A stretch of 64,000 nt of DNA from Alphaproteobacteria bacterium (GCA_049609145.1 JBMYYF010000007.1:9823-73822); one strand, 5' to 3'. Shown: positions 48,439 to 58,629, counted from the stretch's first letter. Numbers and translations: made by a program. The notes: generated from the letters alone by a model not told the origin.

Positions 48439-48909
48439 ATGAAGCTCTCGGCGAGAGGCAGATATGCAGTGATGGCGATGGCAGATCTGGCGCAGGCAAC
48501 AGCCGCGCTGGAAAACGCCACGCCCGTGCCTATCGGCGAAATTGCGCAGCGGCAGGATATTCCCCAACCTTATCTGGAACAGCTTTTTGCCAAACTGCGC
48601 AAAGCCGGATTGGTGGTATCTCATCGCGGTGCGTATGGCGGCTATGCCTTGGCGCACCCGGCCCATGAAATGAAAGTGGCAGATGTGATTTTGGCGGTGG
48701 ATGAGCCGATCAAAACCACTCGTTGTTCCGACACATCAACAGGGGGCTGCATGAGCGATCAAGGCCGCTGCCTGACCCATGATTTGTGGGATGAACTTTC
48801 GCGCCAAATCTACACGTTCCTGGCCTCGGTTACGTTGGAAGATGTGATTGAGAAACGGTTGGCGGGTCGTGGCTTTTTGAGTGTGGATGAGTGGGAGGCC
48901 GCGCAATGA
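48439..48909 (+). CDS. Rrf2 family transcriptional regulator (IscR/SufR-like, three-Cys cluster ligands)
   Basis: N-terminal wHTH 'MKLSARGRYAVMAMADLA...IGEIAQRQDIPQPYLEQLFAKLRKAGLVVSHRG' and a 'CSDTSTGGCMSDQGRC' Cys triad. Confidence 0.8.
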   Translation: MKLSARGRYAVMAMADLAQATAALENATPVPIGEIAQRQDIPQPYLEQLFAKLRKAGLVVSHRGAYGGYALAHPAHEMKVADVILAVDEPIKTTRCSDTSTGGCMSDQGRCLTHDLWDELSRQIYTFLASVTLEDVIEKRLAGRGFLSVDEWEAAQ

Positions 48910-50012
48910 TCTATCTTGATTACAACGCCACCAGCCCGCTGCGTGGCGGGGCCAGAGTGGCCATGAGCGCCGCCATGGAAGTATACGGCAACCCATCTTC
49001 CGTGCATGGGGCAGGGCGCAAGGCGTTGGCTTTGATAGAAGATGCGCGCCAAGACGTGATCGATTTGATCGGCGGCTGCGGTGGACGCTTGACGTTTACG
49101 AGCGGCGGCACAGAAGCGATCAACACCGCGATACGCGGCACGGATATGGCCCGCATTGCGGTGAGCGCAATTGAGCATGATGCGGTACTGGCCGCGGCTG
49201 AGGCTGCTAGAGATTCTGGGGGCAAAACGCTGGAGGTATTACCCGTGACGCCAGAAGGCGCGCTGGACCTGAACGCGATCACCTTGCACGATGTACCCAC
49301 GCTGTATTGCGTGCAGGCAGTGAACAATGAAACAGGCGTGATCCAACCGGTAGAAGAACTGGCCGCCCTGTTGCAAGACACACCGCACAGGCTGTTTGTG
49401 GATGCGGTGCAAGGTGCCGGCAAAATTTCGCTCGGGGCTGCAATCTTGAACGCTGATATGGCCGCGCTGAGCGCGCACAAAATTGGTGGCCCCAAAGGCG
49501 TGGGCGCGTTGTGGCTGGCTGACGGGCTGGACGTGCCGCCCTTAATGGTGGGCGGCGGGCAGGAACGGCGCCGCCGTGCGGGTACAGAAAATGTGATGGG
49601 CATTGCAGGGTTTGGTGCTGCTGCCAAAGCGGCTTTGGTTGATTTGGAAGCAGATCGGTTGCCAGCCTTGCAACAAAAGCTGGAAGCAGGCGTGAGGGGC
49701 ATCACGCCGGATGCGCGGATTATTGGCAGCAACAGAGTGGCTAATACAAGCTGTATCGTGCTGCCCGGCGTAAAGGCCGAAACACAGGTAATGACATTGG
49801 ATTTGGATGGCATAGCAGTTTCAGCCGGGTCGGCCTGTTCATCGGGCAAGGTAAAGCCAAGCCATGTATTAACCGCGATGGGGGAAAGCGCGTTGAACGC
49901 GGCTTGTGCCATTCGCGTTTCAACCGGCTTTGCCACCACCACAGAAGATATTGATGGCTTTTTGGAAGCCTATAAAAAATTGGTTAGTCGGCTCACGACA
50001 CGGGCCGCGTAA
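48906..50012 (+). CDS. cysteine desulfurase (NifS/IscS-like class V aminotransferase)
   Basis: Start at ATG 48906, overlapping the regulator stop. '[15 protein letters not shown]' PLP-lysine motif; catalytic Cys in '[11 protein letters not shown]'. Confidence 0.8.
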   Translation: MIYLDYNATSPLRGGARVAMSAAMEVYGNPSSVHGAGRKALALIEDARQDVIDLIGGCGGRLTFTSGGTEAINTAIRGTDMARIAVSAIEHDAVLAAAEAARDSGGKTLEVLPVTPEGALDLNAITLHDVPTLYCVQAVNNETGVIQPVEELAALLQDTPHRLFVDAVQGAGKISLGAAILNADMAALSAHKIGGPKGVGALWLADGLDVPPLMVGGGQERRRRAGTENVMGIAGFGAAAKAALVDLEADRLPALQQKLEAGVRGITPDARIIGSNRVANTSCIVLPGVKAETQVMTLDLDGIAVSAGSACSSGKVKPSHVLTAMGESALNAACAIRVSTGFATTTEDIDGFLEAYKKLVSRLTTRAA

Positions 50013-50026
50013 GGAGTTTTGATCGC

Positions 50027-51508
50027 ATGGTTGCGACGACAGAAACAGTAGAAACAGTTGAAGCGCTGGAAGGCGGCGACAAGTATAAATATGGCTGGTC
50101 GTCCGATGTGGAATCTGATTTCGCGCCTAAGGGCCTGAACGAAGATATTGTGCGCTTTATCTCCGAAGCCAAGGGCGAGCCGGAATGGCTGCTTGAATGG
50201 CGGCTGGAGGCCTTTGCCCGTTGGCTGCAAATGGAAGAGCCTGAATGGGCGAACGTAAAATTTCCGCCGATTGATTATCAAGACGCTTATTATTTTGCGC
50301 GCCCCAAGAGCATGAAGGTGCAGCCCAAAAGCATTGATGATGTCGATCCCGCCTTGATTGATACCTACAACAAATTGGGTATCCCGCTGGAAGAACAGAA
50401 AATTCTGGCGGGTGTGGAAGGCTATGAACGCAAAGTGGCAGTGGATGCTGTGTTTGACAGTGTCTCTGTTGGCACCACGTTTAAAGAAGAGCTGGAGCGG
50501 GCGGGGGTCATTTTTTGCCCGATCTCAGAGGCCGTGCAAACGCACCCTGAATTGGTGAAGAAATATCTGGGCTCCGTCGTGCCGATGACGGATAATTTCC
50601 ACGCCACGCTGAACAGCGCTGTCTTCTCCGATGGCTCCTTCGTTTACATTCCGCCCGGCGTGCGGTGCCCGATGGAACTTTCCACCTATTTCCGTATCAA
50701 TGCGGAAAATACGGGGCAGTTTGAACGCACGCTGATCATTGCCGATAAAGGCAGTTATGTTTCCTACCTTGAAGGGTGCACGGCCCCCATGCGCGATGAA
50801 AACCAACTGCATGCGGCGGTGGTGGAACTGATTGCGCTGGATGATGCAGAGATTAAATATTCCACAGTGCAAAACTGGTATCCCGGTGATGCGGACGGTA
50901 AGGGTGGCATTTATAATTTTGTGACCAAGCGCGGCCTGTGTGCGGGGGATCGTTCCCGCATTTCATGGACGCAGGTTGAAACAGGTTCTGCGGTAACGTG
51001 GAAATATCCAAGCTGTGTGCTGCGCGGGGAAGATAGCGTGGGGGAGTTTTATTCCATCGCCATCACCAATAATTTGCAGCAGGCCGATACCGGCACCAAG
51101 ATGATCCATCTGGGCAAAGGCACACGCTCACGCATTATCTCTAAGGGTATTTCGGCGGGCCGGTCTGATCAAACCTATCGGGGCTTGGTGTCTATCCACC
51201 CCAAGGCGGTGGGCGCACGAAACTTTACCCAGTGTGACAGCCTGTTGATTGGCGGTGATTGTGGGGCGCACACCGTGCCTTACATTGAAAGCCGCAATGA
51301 AAGCGCGGTGGTGGAGCATGAGGCTTCAACCTCCACGATCTCAGAGGATGAACTGTTTTACTGCCGCGCGCGCGGCATACCCGAAGAAGAGGCGGTGACG
51401 CTGATCGTCAACGGGTTCTGTAAAGATGTATTGCAACAATTGCCGATGGAGTTTGCCGTAGAAGCGCAAAAATTGGTTGGCATTTCGCTGGAAGGAGCCG
51501 TGGGATGA
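50027..51508 (+). CDS. sufB: Fe-S cluster assembly protein SufB
   Basis: 493 aa with the characteristic '[36 protein letters not shown]' beta-helix region. Confidence 0.9.
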   Translation: MVATTETVETVEALEGGDKYKYGWSSDVESDFAPKGLNEDIVRFISEAKGEPEWLLEWRLEAFARWLQMEEPEWANVKFPPIDYQDAYYFARPKSMKVQPKSIDDVDPALIDTYNKLGIPLEEQKILAGVEGYERKVAVDAVFDSVSVGTTFKEELERAGVIFCPISEAVQTHPELVKKYLGSVVPMTDNFHATLNSAVFSDGSFVYIPPGVRCPMELSTYFRINAENTGQFERTLIIADKGSYVSYLEGCTAPMRDENQLHAAVVELIALDDAEIKYSTVQNWYPGDADGKGGIYNFVTKRGLCAGDRSRISWTQVETGSAVTWKYPSCVLRGEDSVGEFYSIAITNNLQQADTGTKMIHLGKGTRSRIISKGISAGRSDQTYRGLVSIHPKAVGARNFTQCDSLLIGGDCGAHTVPYIESRNESAVVEHEASTSTISEDELFYCRARGIPEEEAVTLIVNGFCKDVLQQLPMEFAVEAQKLVGISLEGAVG

Positions 51509-52269
51509 GTACTGATTATTTGGGGCCTCTGCTTGAGATTGATAACGTGTACGCCACTGTTGGCGGCAAGGAAATTTTGAAGGGACTTTCCCTTACGATT
51601 GAACCGGGCACCGTGCACGCCATTATGGGGCCGAACGGGGCGGGTAAATCCACCTTGTCTTACGTGATTGCCGGGCGTGATGGCTATGAGGTAACGCAAG
51701 GCAGCATCAAAATGGGTGGTGTTGATTTGGCCGATCTTGCGCCGGAAGAACGCGCTGCTGCAGGCTTGTTCTTGGCTATGCAATATCCCGTTGCGGTGCC
51801 GGGCGTGACCATGGCAACTTTTTTGAAAACGGCCATGAATGCACAGCGCCGCGCCCGCGGCGAAGAAGAATTGGATGCGATCCAGTTTTTGAAAGCCATG
51901 CGGGCCGCTGCCACGCCGTTATCCATCAAAGATGAAATGTTGAAGCGCCCGGTGAATGTGGGCTTCTCCGGCGGGGAAAAGAAGCGCGCCGAGATTTTGC
52001 AAATGGCGATGCTTGAACCAACGCTTGCGGTGTTGGATGAAACTGATTCCGGGTTGGATATTGATGCGCTGAAAATCGTGGCCGAAGGGGTGAATGCGCT
52101 GCGCGGGCCAGATAAAGGCTTTTTGGTGATCACCCATTACCAGCGTTTGCTTGATCACATCGTGCCCGATTTTGTGCATGTGTTGGCCGATGGCCGCATT
52201 GTGAAATCAGGCGGTAAGGAACTGGCGCTGGAGCTTGAGAAATCAGGCTATGACGGGATCGCGGCTTAA
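51505..52269 (+). CDS. sufC: Fe-S cluster assembly ATPase SufC
   Basis: Walker A 'GPNGAGKST', '[14 protein letters not shown]', Walker B '[12 protein letters not shown]'. Confidence 0.9.
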   Translation: MSTDYLGPLLEIDNVYATVGGKEILKGLSLTIEPGTVHAIMGPNGAGKSTLSYVIAGRDGYEVTQGSIKMGGVDLADLAPEERAAAGLFLAMQYPVAVPGVTMATFLKTAMNAQRRARGEEELDAIQFLKAMRAAATPLSIKDEMLKRPVNVGFSGGEKKRAEILQMAMLEPTLAVLDETDSGLDIDALKIVAEGVNALRGPDKGFLVITHYQRLLDHIVPDFVHVLADGRIVKSGGKELALELEKSGYDGIAA

Positions 52270-53393
52270 TGGTTCTGGCACGTCATAATACGGATTGGGC
52301 GGCCACCTATTTGGCGGCATTGCCCGCGCCCGCCGATGGGCAGGCTGAGTTGCGCGCGGCTTTGGCTGATCAAGGCTTGCCCTCACGCCGGGTGGAAAGC
52401 TGGCGTTATACGGATTTGGGGAAGGTTCTTGGGGTTCCGGCGGGCTCTACTGCCTATGCGATAGAAGGTGAGGGGGCGGAGATTTCTCGCGATCTTTCTG
52501 CCGTGATAGCTGCGGCAGGGGACGCGCTGCCCGACAGTGTTTCCCTTGATTTGCTCAACCGCGCGGCGGCGCAGAATGGGGCGGTGGTGAGGGTCGCGAA
52601 AAGTGCATCGCTGGAATTGGCGCTGGGGGCAGGCCATTCACGCACGTTGATCCAAGTCGCCAAAGGCGCAGAATTGACGCTTATCGAGAAACACGGTGCT
52701 GCTGAGGGTTTGGCGCAACATGCGGTGAAGATCGAATTGGCCGAAGGCGCTGTTATGCGCCATCTGCGGGTGAGTGCTGATAAGGGCGCGGCGACGCGCT
52801 TGCTGGACCTTTCGGTCAGTGTGGGGCGCGATGCGGCCTATCGGCATTTCACGGCTGTGACGGGTGGCGCGACCACGCGCACAGACACACGGGTGCGGTT
52901 GCTGGGCAAGGGGGCTGATGTGGCCATGCATGGCGTTGCGAACCTGAGCGGTGCGCAGCACCTGGATACGCTGACCCATGTCACCCACGCGGTGCCTGAT
53001 GCCCATTCCAACCAAGCATTTTACAATGTGCTGGGTGATAAGGCGCGCGCCATCTATCAAGGTAAGGTGCGGGTGGAAAAAGGGGCGATTGGCACAGAAG
53101 CACACCAGCTTTCCAAAGCTCTGCTGCTGAATGCAGGCGCAGAAGCCGACCACAAGCCGGAGCTGGAAATTTTTGCCGATGCGGTGGAATGTTCCCACGG
53201 GGCCACCACCGGCGCGATCGATGCGGATCAGCTTTTCTATTTGAAGGCGCGCGGCGTGCCGGAAGCGGAGGCACGCGCGTTGCTGATCTCCGCCTTCTTG
53301 ATCGCTGCGGTTGAGGCGGCGGATGGAGTGATCCCGGCGGGGGAACTGGATGGCGTCAAAGCCTTGTTTGGAGGCGCAGATGACCTCTTTTAA
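52269..53393 (+). CDS. sufD: Fe-S cluster assembly protein SufD
   Basis: 374 aa, SufB/SufD beta-helix family, lacking the SufB N-terminal region. ATG overlaps the sufC stop (TAATG). Confidence 0.8.
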   Translation: MVLARHNTDWAATYLAALPAPADGQAELRAALADQGLPSRRVESWRYTDLGKVLGVPAGSTAYAIEGEGAEISRDLSAVIAAAGDALPDSVSLDLLNRAAAQNGAVVRVAKSASLELALGAGHSRTLIQVAKGAELTLIEKHGAAEGLAQHAVKIELAEGAVMRHLRVSADKGAATRLLDLSVSVGRDAAYRHFTAVTGGATTRTDTRVRLLGKGADVAMHGVANLSGAQHLDTLTHVTHAVPDAHSNQAFYNVLGDKARAIYQGKVRVEKGAIGTEAHQLSKALLLNAGAEADHKPELEIFADAVECSHGATTGAIDADQLFYLKARGVPEAEARALLISAFLIAAVEAADGVIPAGELDGVKALFGGADDLF

Positions 53394-54603
53394 CGTAGAA
53401 CAAGTGCGCGCAGATTTCCCGATCCTTAGTCGCAAAATCGGCCAGCGGGATTTGGTTTATTTGGATAATGCCGCCAGCGCGCAAAAGCCGAATGCGGTGA
53501 TTGATGGCATGGCGGAGATGATGCGGACTTCCTACGCCAATGTGCATCGCGGGCTGCACACGCTGTCGTCCGAGGCGACAGATGCATTTGAGAGGGCGCG
53601 CACCACCATCGCTGCTGCTATTGGTGCGCCTGATGAAAATGAAGTGATCTTTACGCGCGGCGCGACAGAAGCCATCAACCTTGTGGCGCATAGCTGGGCA
53701 GCACCAAGGCTGGGTGCGGGCGATGAGATCTTGATCACGCAGTTGGAGCATCATTCCAATATCGTGCCCTGGCACTTTCTACGCGAACGCCAAGGCGTGA
53801 CGCTGAAATTCTGCCCGGTGGCGGAAGATGGCTCGATCAATCTTGATACCTTCAAGGGCATGATCACGAGCAAGACCAAGCTGGTGGCGTTTCCCCATGT
53901 CTCCAACGCATTGGGGGTGATTAACCCGGTGCGCGAGATGGTGCAGGCGGCGAAAGCCCAAGGGGCCGTTGTGCTGATTGATGGCTGTCAGGCCGTGCCG
54001 CATATGAAGGTGGATGTCGCTGCGCTGGGCGCGGATTTCTATGCGTTTTCCGGCCACAAGGTTTATGGGCCCACCGGTATCGGCGCCCTTTGGGGTCGGA
54101 TGGACTTGCTGAAAGACATGCGCCCCTATCAAGGCGGCGGCGAGATGATAAAAGACGTGTTTGAAGACACCATCACCTATGGCGGCGTGCCCCACAAGTT
54201 TGAGGCAGGTACCCCTGCGATTGTTGAGGCGGTAGGTTTGGGCCTTGCTTTTGATTACCTCAATCAATTCAATATTGCCGATCTGCAAGCCCATGAAGAC
54301 AAGCTGCTGAAGCGGGCCATGGACCAACTTGGCGGCTTCAACTGGCTGAAAGTGCATGGCGACGTAGCTGACAAACTCGCCATCATTTCCTTCACCATGG
54401 AAGGCGCCCACCCGCAAGACGTGGCAACGCTTTTGGACAATCAAGGCATCGCCGTGCGCGCCGGCCACCATTGCGCCCAACCGTTGATGAAGGCCATGGG
54501 TGTGAGCGCCACTTGCCGCGCCTCCTTCGCGTTTTACAACACAGAAGCGGAGGTAGATGCCTTTGTGGCGGGTCTGCAAAAAACACGGGAGATGTTGGCA
54601 TGA
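53380..54603 (+). CDS. sufS: cysteine desulfurase SufS (group II)
   Basis: Start at ATG 53380 (MTSFNVEQVRADFPIL...LVYLDNAASAQKP). 'SGHKVYGPTGIGALWG' and 'RAGHHCAQP' SufS signatures. Confidence 0.85.
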   Translation: MTSFNVEQVRADFPILSRKIGQRDLVYLDNAASAQKPNAVIDGMAEMMRTSYANVHRGLHTLSSEATDAFERARTTIAAAIGAPDENEVIFTRGATEAINLVAHSWAAPRLGAGDEILITQLEHHSNIVPWHFLRERQGVTLKFCPVAEDGSINLDTFKGMITSKTKLVAFPHVSNALGVINPVREMVQAAKAQGAVVLIDGCQAVPHMKVDVAALGADFYAFSGHKVYGPTGIGALWGRMDLLKDMRPYQGGGEMIKDVFEDTITYGGVPHKFEAGTPAIVEAVGLGLAFDYLNQFNIADLQAHEDKLLKRAMDQLGGFNWLKVHGDVADKLAIISFTMEGAHPQDVATLLDNQGIAVRAGHHCAQPLMKAMGVSATCRASFAFYNTEAEVDAFVAGLQKTREMLA

Positions 54604-54968
54604 GTGGTCCCGACCTTCTGAACCTTGTGGAGGCTGCCAAGCAGGGAGAATCCCTCACCGATAAGGATGCGCTGTATGACGCCGCCAAGGCGGCGATCAA
54701 AACCGTGTATGACCCTGAAATCCCGGTGGATGTGTGGGAGTTGGGGCTGATCTATCGCCTTGAAGCAAAGGACAATGGCCGGGTGGAAGTGGATATGACG
54801 CTGACAGCCCCTAATTGCCCGGTGGCAGACCTTATTCCGCGTAATGTGGCAGAGGCAGTTGAACAGGTGGATGGTGTGTCGGAAGTGGCGGTAGAGCTTG
54901 TGTGGCACCCGCCTTGGGATAAATCCCGCATGTCAGAGGCCGCGCGTCTTGATTTGGATATGTTCTAG
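54600..54968 (+). CDS. SUF-system Fe-S assembly protein, DUF59/MIP18 family (SufT-like)
   Basis: Start at ATG 54600, overlapping the sufS stop (ATGA). 'VYDPEIPVDVWELGLIY...LTAPNCPVADLIP' is the DUF59 signature with the conserved Cys. Confidence 0.75.
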   Translation: MSGPDLLNLVEAAKQGESLTDKDALYDAAKAAIKTVYDPEIPVDVWELGLIYRLEAKDNGRVEVDMTLTAPNCPVADLIPRNVAEAVEQVDGVSEVAVELVWHPPWDKSRMSEAARLDLDMF

Positions 54969-55009
54969 AAATTGAAATATGGCCCTATAAGGCTTACATT
55001 AGGAATATT

Positions 55010-55405
55010 ATGAGACAGAAACCGCAAGCCATCAAAATGACAGACCGCGCCGCCGCGCGTGTGAAGCACCTTGTTGCCAACGCGAAGGAGCCGGTTGCCG
55101 GCTTGCGGCTGGGCGTCAAGTCCGGCGGTTGTGCGGGCTTCACCTATGATCTGGGCTATGCCAAAGCGCCCGAGCCGTTGGACGAGGTGGTGGAGCTGGA
55201 AGGCGCCACGGTTTATATCGATTCCAAGGCGATCCTATATTTGCTCGGCACAGAGCTTGATTGGGAAGAAAGCAAGTTCAGCACCGGCTTTGTGTTCAAC
55301 AACCCGAATGAGACGGATCGTTGTGGTTGCGGCGAAAGCTTCTCCTTTGCGGGTGATGGGCCCGATGGCCTGCCTGCCGGATTGAACCTGCCGGATGCGG
55401 GGTAA
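55010..55405 (+). CDS. sufA: iron-sulfur cluster insertion protein, A-type carrier (SufA/IscA, HesB family)
   Basis: 'GGCAGF' and C-terminal 'CGCGESF' are the three conserved HesB cysteines. Alternative start at 55037. Confidence 0.8.
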   Translation: MRQKPQAIKMTDRAAARVKHLVANAKEPVAGLRLGVKSGGCAGFTYDLGYAKAPEPLDEVVELEGATVYIDSKAILYLLGTELDWEESKFSTGFVFNNPNETDRCGCGESFSFAGDGPDGLPAGLNLPDAG

Positions 55406-55426
55406 GGCCTTAGGGGCCTGAAACCC

Positions 55427-55792
55427 ATGGCGGTCACTCCCCAATACACGGAATATTTGCGAGAGTTGTTCGAGCCCATCGGCGCGGTGGAGGTCAAACG
55501 CATGTTTGGCGGTGCAGGGGTGTTCTTTCATGGGGTGATGATCGCCCTATGTGCGGATGAACAGATTTACCTGAAAAGCGATGCCGAAAGTGACCCGCAA
55601 TTTGAAGAGGCGGGGGCAGAGCCGTTCGTTTTTGAAGGCAAGAACGGTAAGCGTGGCGTGATGAGTTACCGGCTGATGCCGGATGAATGCTACGATGACC
55701 CCGATGCTTTCAAAGACTGGGCGCGCATCGCCATTGATGCTGCCTTTCGTGAAGACGCCAAAAAACCGCCGAGTAAGCGAAAGCGGAAATAG
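55427..55792 (+). CDS. TfoX/Sxy N-terminal-domain protein (121 aa)
   Basis: 'VKRMFGGAGVFFHGVMIALCADEQIYLKSD' matches the TfoX N-terminal domain pattern. Lys-rich C-terminus. No C-terminal TfoX domain. Confidence 0.6.
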   Translation: MAVTPQYTEYLRELFEPIGAVEVKRMFGGAGVFFHGVMIALCADEQIYLKSDAESDPQFEEAGAEPFVFEGKNGKRGVMSYRLMPDECYDDPDAFKDWARIAIDAAFREDAKKPPSKRKRK

Positions 55793-55793
55793 G

Positions 55794-55807
55794 TTGTCAC
55801 TTGACAA
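55794..55807. promoter_or_regulatory. perfect inverted repeat TTGTCA-ct-TGACAA immediately upstream of the hicA-like gene
   Basis: Seen directly. It contains a TTGACA -35-like hexamer and could be the autoregulatory operator of the TA pair. Confidence 0.3.
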
Positions 55808-55824
55808 CTTTACAGGGATTTGGT

Positions 55825-56121
55825 ATGAAAAAGCGCGCTAAACACTCGAACAAGGATATTGAGACGACTCTAAGGGAGTTAGAGGCACTTGGGTGGATTG
55901 TTGAAAAGGCCAAGGGTAAGAGCTCCCATAGTTGGGGGTTCATACTTTGCCCTTGGAATGCGGAAGATTGTCGGGATAGGCAGTTTTGTCGAATGTCTGT
56001 TTGGTCAACACCGAGGAACCCGGCGCAGCATGCCGCCGCTTTGCTAAGTAAAGCCGCGCATTGTGTGAAGGAGTCACAAGATGAAGACGAAGATGAAGAT
56101 GAAGACGCAAACACAGAATAA
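55825..56121 (+). CDS. HicA-like (YcfA family) toxin with a Cys-rich insertion and poly-acidic C-terminal tail (98 aa)
   Basis: 'KDIETTLRELEALGWIVEKAKGKSSHSWGF ... RMSVWSTPRNPAQHAAALLSKA' aligns by eye with the HicA pattern (GW ... GSH ... R.SV.P.HP ... ilkq). Extra 'CPWNAEDCRDRQFC' and a DEDEDEDED tail. Region visibly lower in GC. Confidence 0.5.
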   Translation: MKKRAKHSNKDIETTLRELEALGWIVEKAKGKSSHSWGFILCPWNAEDCRDRQFCRMSVWSTPRNPAQHAAALLSKAAHCVKESQDEDEDEDEDANTE

Positions 56122-56590
56122 GGTATTTGAGTTTGATCTCATTTTTACACGTCCATCAGATATGGACGATTTAGGTTTGTCTGATGCGCTATTTGAGGCC
56201 GGGCTTGATGATGGTGTCATTGGACTGGGAGAAGCGGGGTTGTTCGCCGTTTCGTTGGAACGCAGCGGAGAGGAAGCCGAGGCAGTGATTGAAGTAGCGA
56301 TTAGGCAGATTGTTAAGGCTGTGCCTAACGCGATATTACGCGAAGTAAAACCTGATTTGGCAAGTCAGGCAGAAATTGCTGGGCGATTGGGAGTGACCCG
56401 TCAAGCATTGCAAAAGCGCAAAATGCCCGCACCGTCGCTCGGGGGGCTTTATCGCGTCAAAGAAGTTGAAAGCGCGCTAGGCGCAAGCAGTGGCAAAATT
56501 GCTGAGCGTCTTGCAGCGGCGGAGCCATGGTTTCGTGCAGCAGAAGGGGCGCAACGCCTGAACGCCAAACTAGCTTTGGAAGAGTCGTGA
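56081..56590 (+). CDS. HicB-like antitoxin with C-terminal helix-turn-helix (169 aa)
   Basis: ATG 56081 preceded by GAAGGAG SD. Central 'SLERSGEEAEAVIEVAIRQIVKAV' resembles the HicB 'G.tleEA..nA.eAi' region. C-terminal 'SQAEIAGRLGVTRQALQKRK' is a textbook XRE-type HTH. 5' end overlaps hicA by 41 nt in another frame. Confidence 0.5.
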   Translation: MKTKMKMKTQTQNKVFEFDLIFTRPSDMDDLGLSDALFEAGLDDGVIGLGEAGLFAVSLERSGEEAEAVIEVAIRQIVKAVPNAILREVKPDLASQAEIAGRLGVTRQALQKRKMPAPSLGGLYRVKEVESALGASSGKIAERLAAAEPWFRAAEGAQRLNAKLALEES

Positions 56591-56599
56591 ACCTGTAAA

Positions 56600-57451
56600 T
56601 CACCCAACGGGCCAATTATCAATCAGGCGGGCTTTACCGATTTTGGCGGCGACATAGGCGCGGGCGGGTGCTGCAACCTTGCCCTCTACCAACGCCATGG
56701 TTTCCATATCGCGAATTTCAAGATAGTCGATCTGGGTGATGCCAGCGTCTTCAAGTTTGCTGCGGCCTTGGGCTGTCGCGTCTGCTGCCGTTGCGCCTTT
56801 TGCAATGGCCTCCGCCATTGTCTGCAAGGTTCGGTGAAGATGCAGGCCTTGGGCGCGGTCATCATCGGTGAGATATTTGTTGCGCGATGAGGTGGCAAGG
56901 CCATCTGCATCACGAATAAGGGGTGCGCCCAAAATTTCCACCGGGATATCAAGATCGCGGACAAAGCGGCGAATAACTTGCAGTTGCTGAAAATCCTTTT
57001 CGCCAAACACGGCGACATCCGGCCCGCATTGCAGCAGCAGCTTGGTAACGATCAGCGCCACGCCATCAAAATGACCGGGGCGCGCCGCGCCGCACAACAC
57101 ATCGCTCACGCCGCCAACGGTAACTTTGGTGGCAAAGCCGTTGGGGTACATTTCGTTCACCGTGGGGGCATAGACCATATTGCCCCCTTGCGCGGCCACC
57201 ATGGCGCAATCTTCCGTCTCTGTGCGGGGATAGGCATCAAAGTCTTCATTAGGGCCAAACTGGGTCGGGTTCACAAAAACGGAGACGACGACTTTATCCG
57301 CATATTTTTTGGCGTGATCGATCAAGGTCATATGACCGTGATGCAATGCGCCCATGGTTGGCACCAAGGCTACGCGATGGCCCTCTGCACGCCAATCGGC
57401 GACGGTGGCGCGTAGATCATTGACGGTGCGGGTAATCGGCAAATCAGCCAT
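56600..57451 (-). CDS. panC: pantoate--beta-alanine ligase
   Basis: Start at ATG 57451-57449 (GGGAGAGG SD). 'ALVPTMGALHHGHMTLI' (HxGH motif), 'VSVFVNPTQFGPNED'. Confidence 0.85.
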   Translation of the reverse strand: MADLPITRTVNDLRATVADWRAEGHRVALVPTMGALHHGHMTLIDHAKKYADKVVVSVFVNPTQFGPNEDFDAYPRTETEDCAMVAAQGGNMVYAPTVNEMYPNGFATKVTVGGVSDVLCGAARPGHFDGVALIVTKLLLQCGPDVAVFGEKDFQQLQVIRRFVRDLDIPVEILGAPLIRDADGLATSSRNKYLTDDDRAQGLHLHRTLQTMAEAIAKGATAADATAQGRSKLEDAGITQIDYLEIRDMETMALVEGKVAAPARAYVAAKIGKARLIDNWPVG

Positions 57452-57477
57452 ATGAACCTCTCCCAAAGTTGGGGCTG

Positions 57478-58554
57478 CTATAACCCAGCTCGCACCTGTT
57501 GGGCAACATGCTCACCAATGGCAAGGGCGGCGGTGAGGCCGGGGCTTTCAATGCCGAACAGATTGGTCAGCCAATCAAGGCCATGGGTTTCGCCGCCATC
57601 AATGCGGAAATCGGCAAAGGCTTGGCCCGGCCCGGCCAAGCGGGGGCGGATACCGGCTTGATCAATGGTAAGTTGCTTGAGGTCTAGCGCGGGCCACCAA
57701 TCCTGCACGGCGGCCGCGAACCGGGCCGTGGCATTTGTTGGTGCCGAATATTCCGGTGCCTCTACCCATGTGCTGTCTGGCCCAAGGCGGGCGGTGCCAT
57801 CGGTGTCCAGGGTCAGATGCACACCCAACCCGGTTTCGGGCGGCAGGGGGTAAATAAGGTGCGAGAAGGGCACATGCCCGCTCACCCGGCACCAAACGCC
57901 TTTGGCATAATGAACTTGCGGAATGTGTTGCGGCTTTAAGTGTTGGGTGGCGCGGGCCAATAAATGCGCATGGAGGCCAGCGGCGTTGATGATGTGGCGG
58001 GCCGTTACTTTGTCTTGCGCGGTGGTGATAAGCGCGCCCGGTGTGATGGATTGAATGGCGGTGTTGAGTGCCAGCGTGCCGCCTGCGGTCTCAAAGTCTG
58101 CCAACAGGCTGTAGGCAACGGCATGGGTATCGATAACGCCGCTATGGGGACTGTAGAGGGCTGTGTGGTTTTTTAGGGCAGGCTCTTTTTCTGCCGCATC
58201 GATAAGGGTGAGACCGTCAACGCCGTTCGCGGTGCCTTGGGCTTTTAAGGCTTCAAGCCGCTTAGTGTCGCCTCCCACTATCAGTTTGCCGCATTTGTTG
58301 TGGGGAATGTTGCGGGCGTGCGCATAGGTATAAAGCTGGCGGGCACCGGCAACGCAAAGCTGTGCCTTCAAGCTGCCGGGGGGATAATATAGCCCTGCGT
58401 GGATCACGCCCGAATTGCGCGCACTGGTTTCTGTCGCAATGGCTTTGTGTTTTTCTGCGATCAGGACGGACATGCCTTGCAATGCTGCCGCGCGGCCTAT
58501 GGCAAGGCCAATAAGGCCCGCGCCTACAATCGCAATGTCAAAATCCGGCGGCAT
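57478..58554 (-). CDS. FAD-dependent oxidoreductase (L-2-hydroxyglutarate oxidase/dehydrogenase LhgO-like)
   Basis: 'FDIAIVGAGLIGLAIGRAAALQGMSVLIAEK' dinucleotide-binding fold; ~358 aa; DAO family architecture. Confidence 0.7.
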   Translation of the reverse strand: MPPDFDIAIVGAGLIGLAIGRAAALQGMSVLIAEKHKAIATETSARNSGVIHAGLYYPPGSLKAQLCVAGARQLYTYAHARNIPHNKCGKLIVGGDTKRLEALKAQGTANGVDGLTLIDAAEKEPALKNHTALYSPHSGVIDTHAVAYSLLADFETAGGTLALNTAIQSITPGALITTAQDKVTARHIINAAGLHAHLLARATQHLKPQHIPQVHYAKGVWCRVSGHVPFSHLIYPLPPETGLGVHLTLDTDGTARLGPDSTWVEAPEYSAPTNATARFAAAVQDWWPALDLKQLTIDQAGIRPRLAGPGQAFADFRIDGGETHGLDWLTNLFGIESPGLTAALAIGEHVAQQVRAGL

Positions 58555-58629
58555 GGGCTTGTTGTCTCATCCTTGTGGGGGTGCGCCAGAATCATTGACG
58601 CGATAAGGGTTTCGGCCCAAACATGAGGC

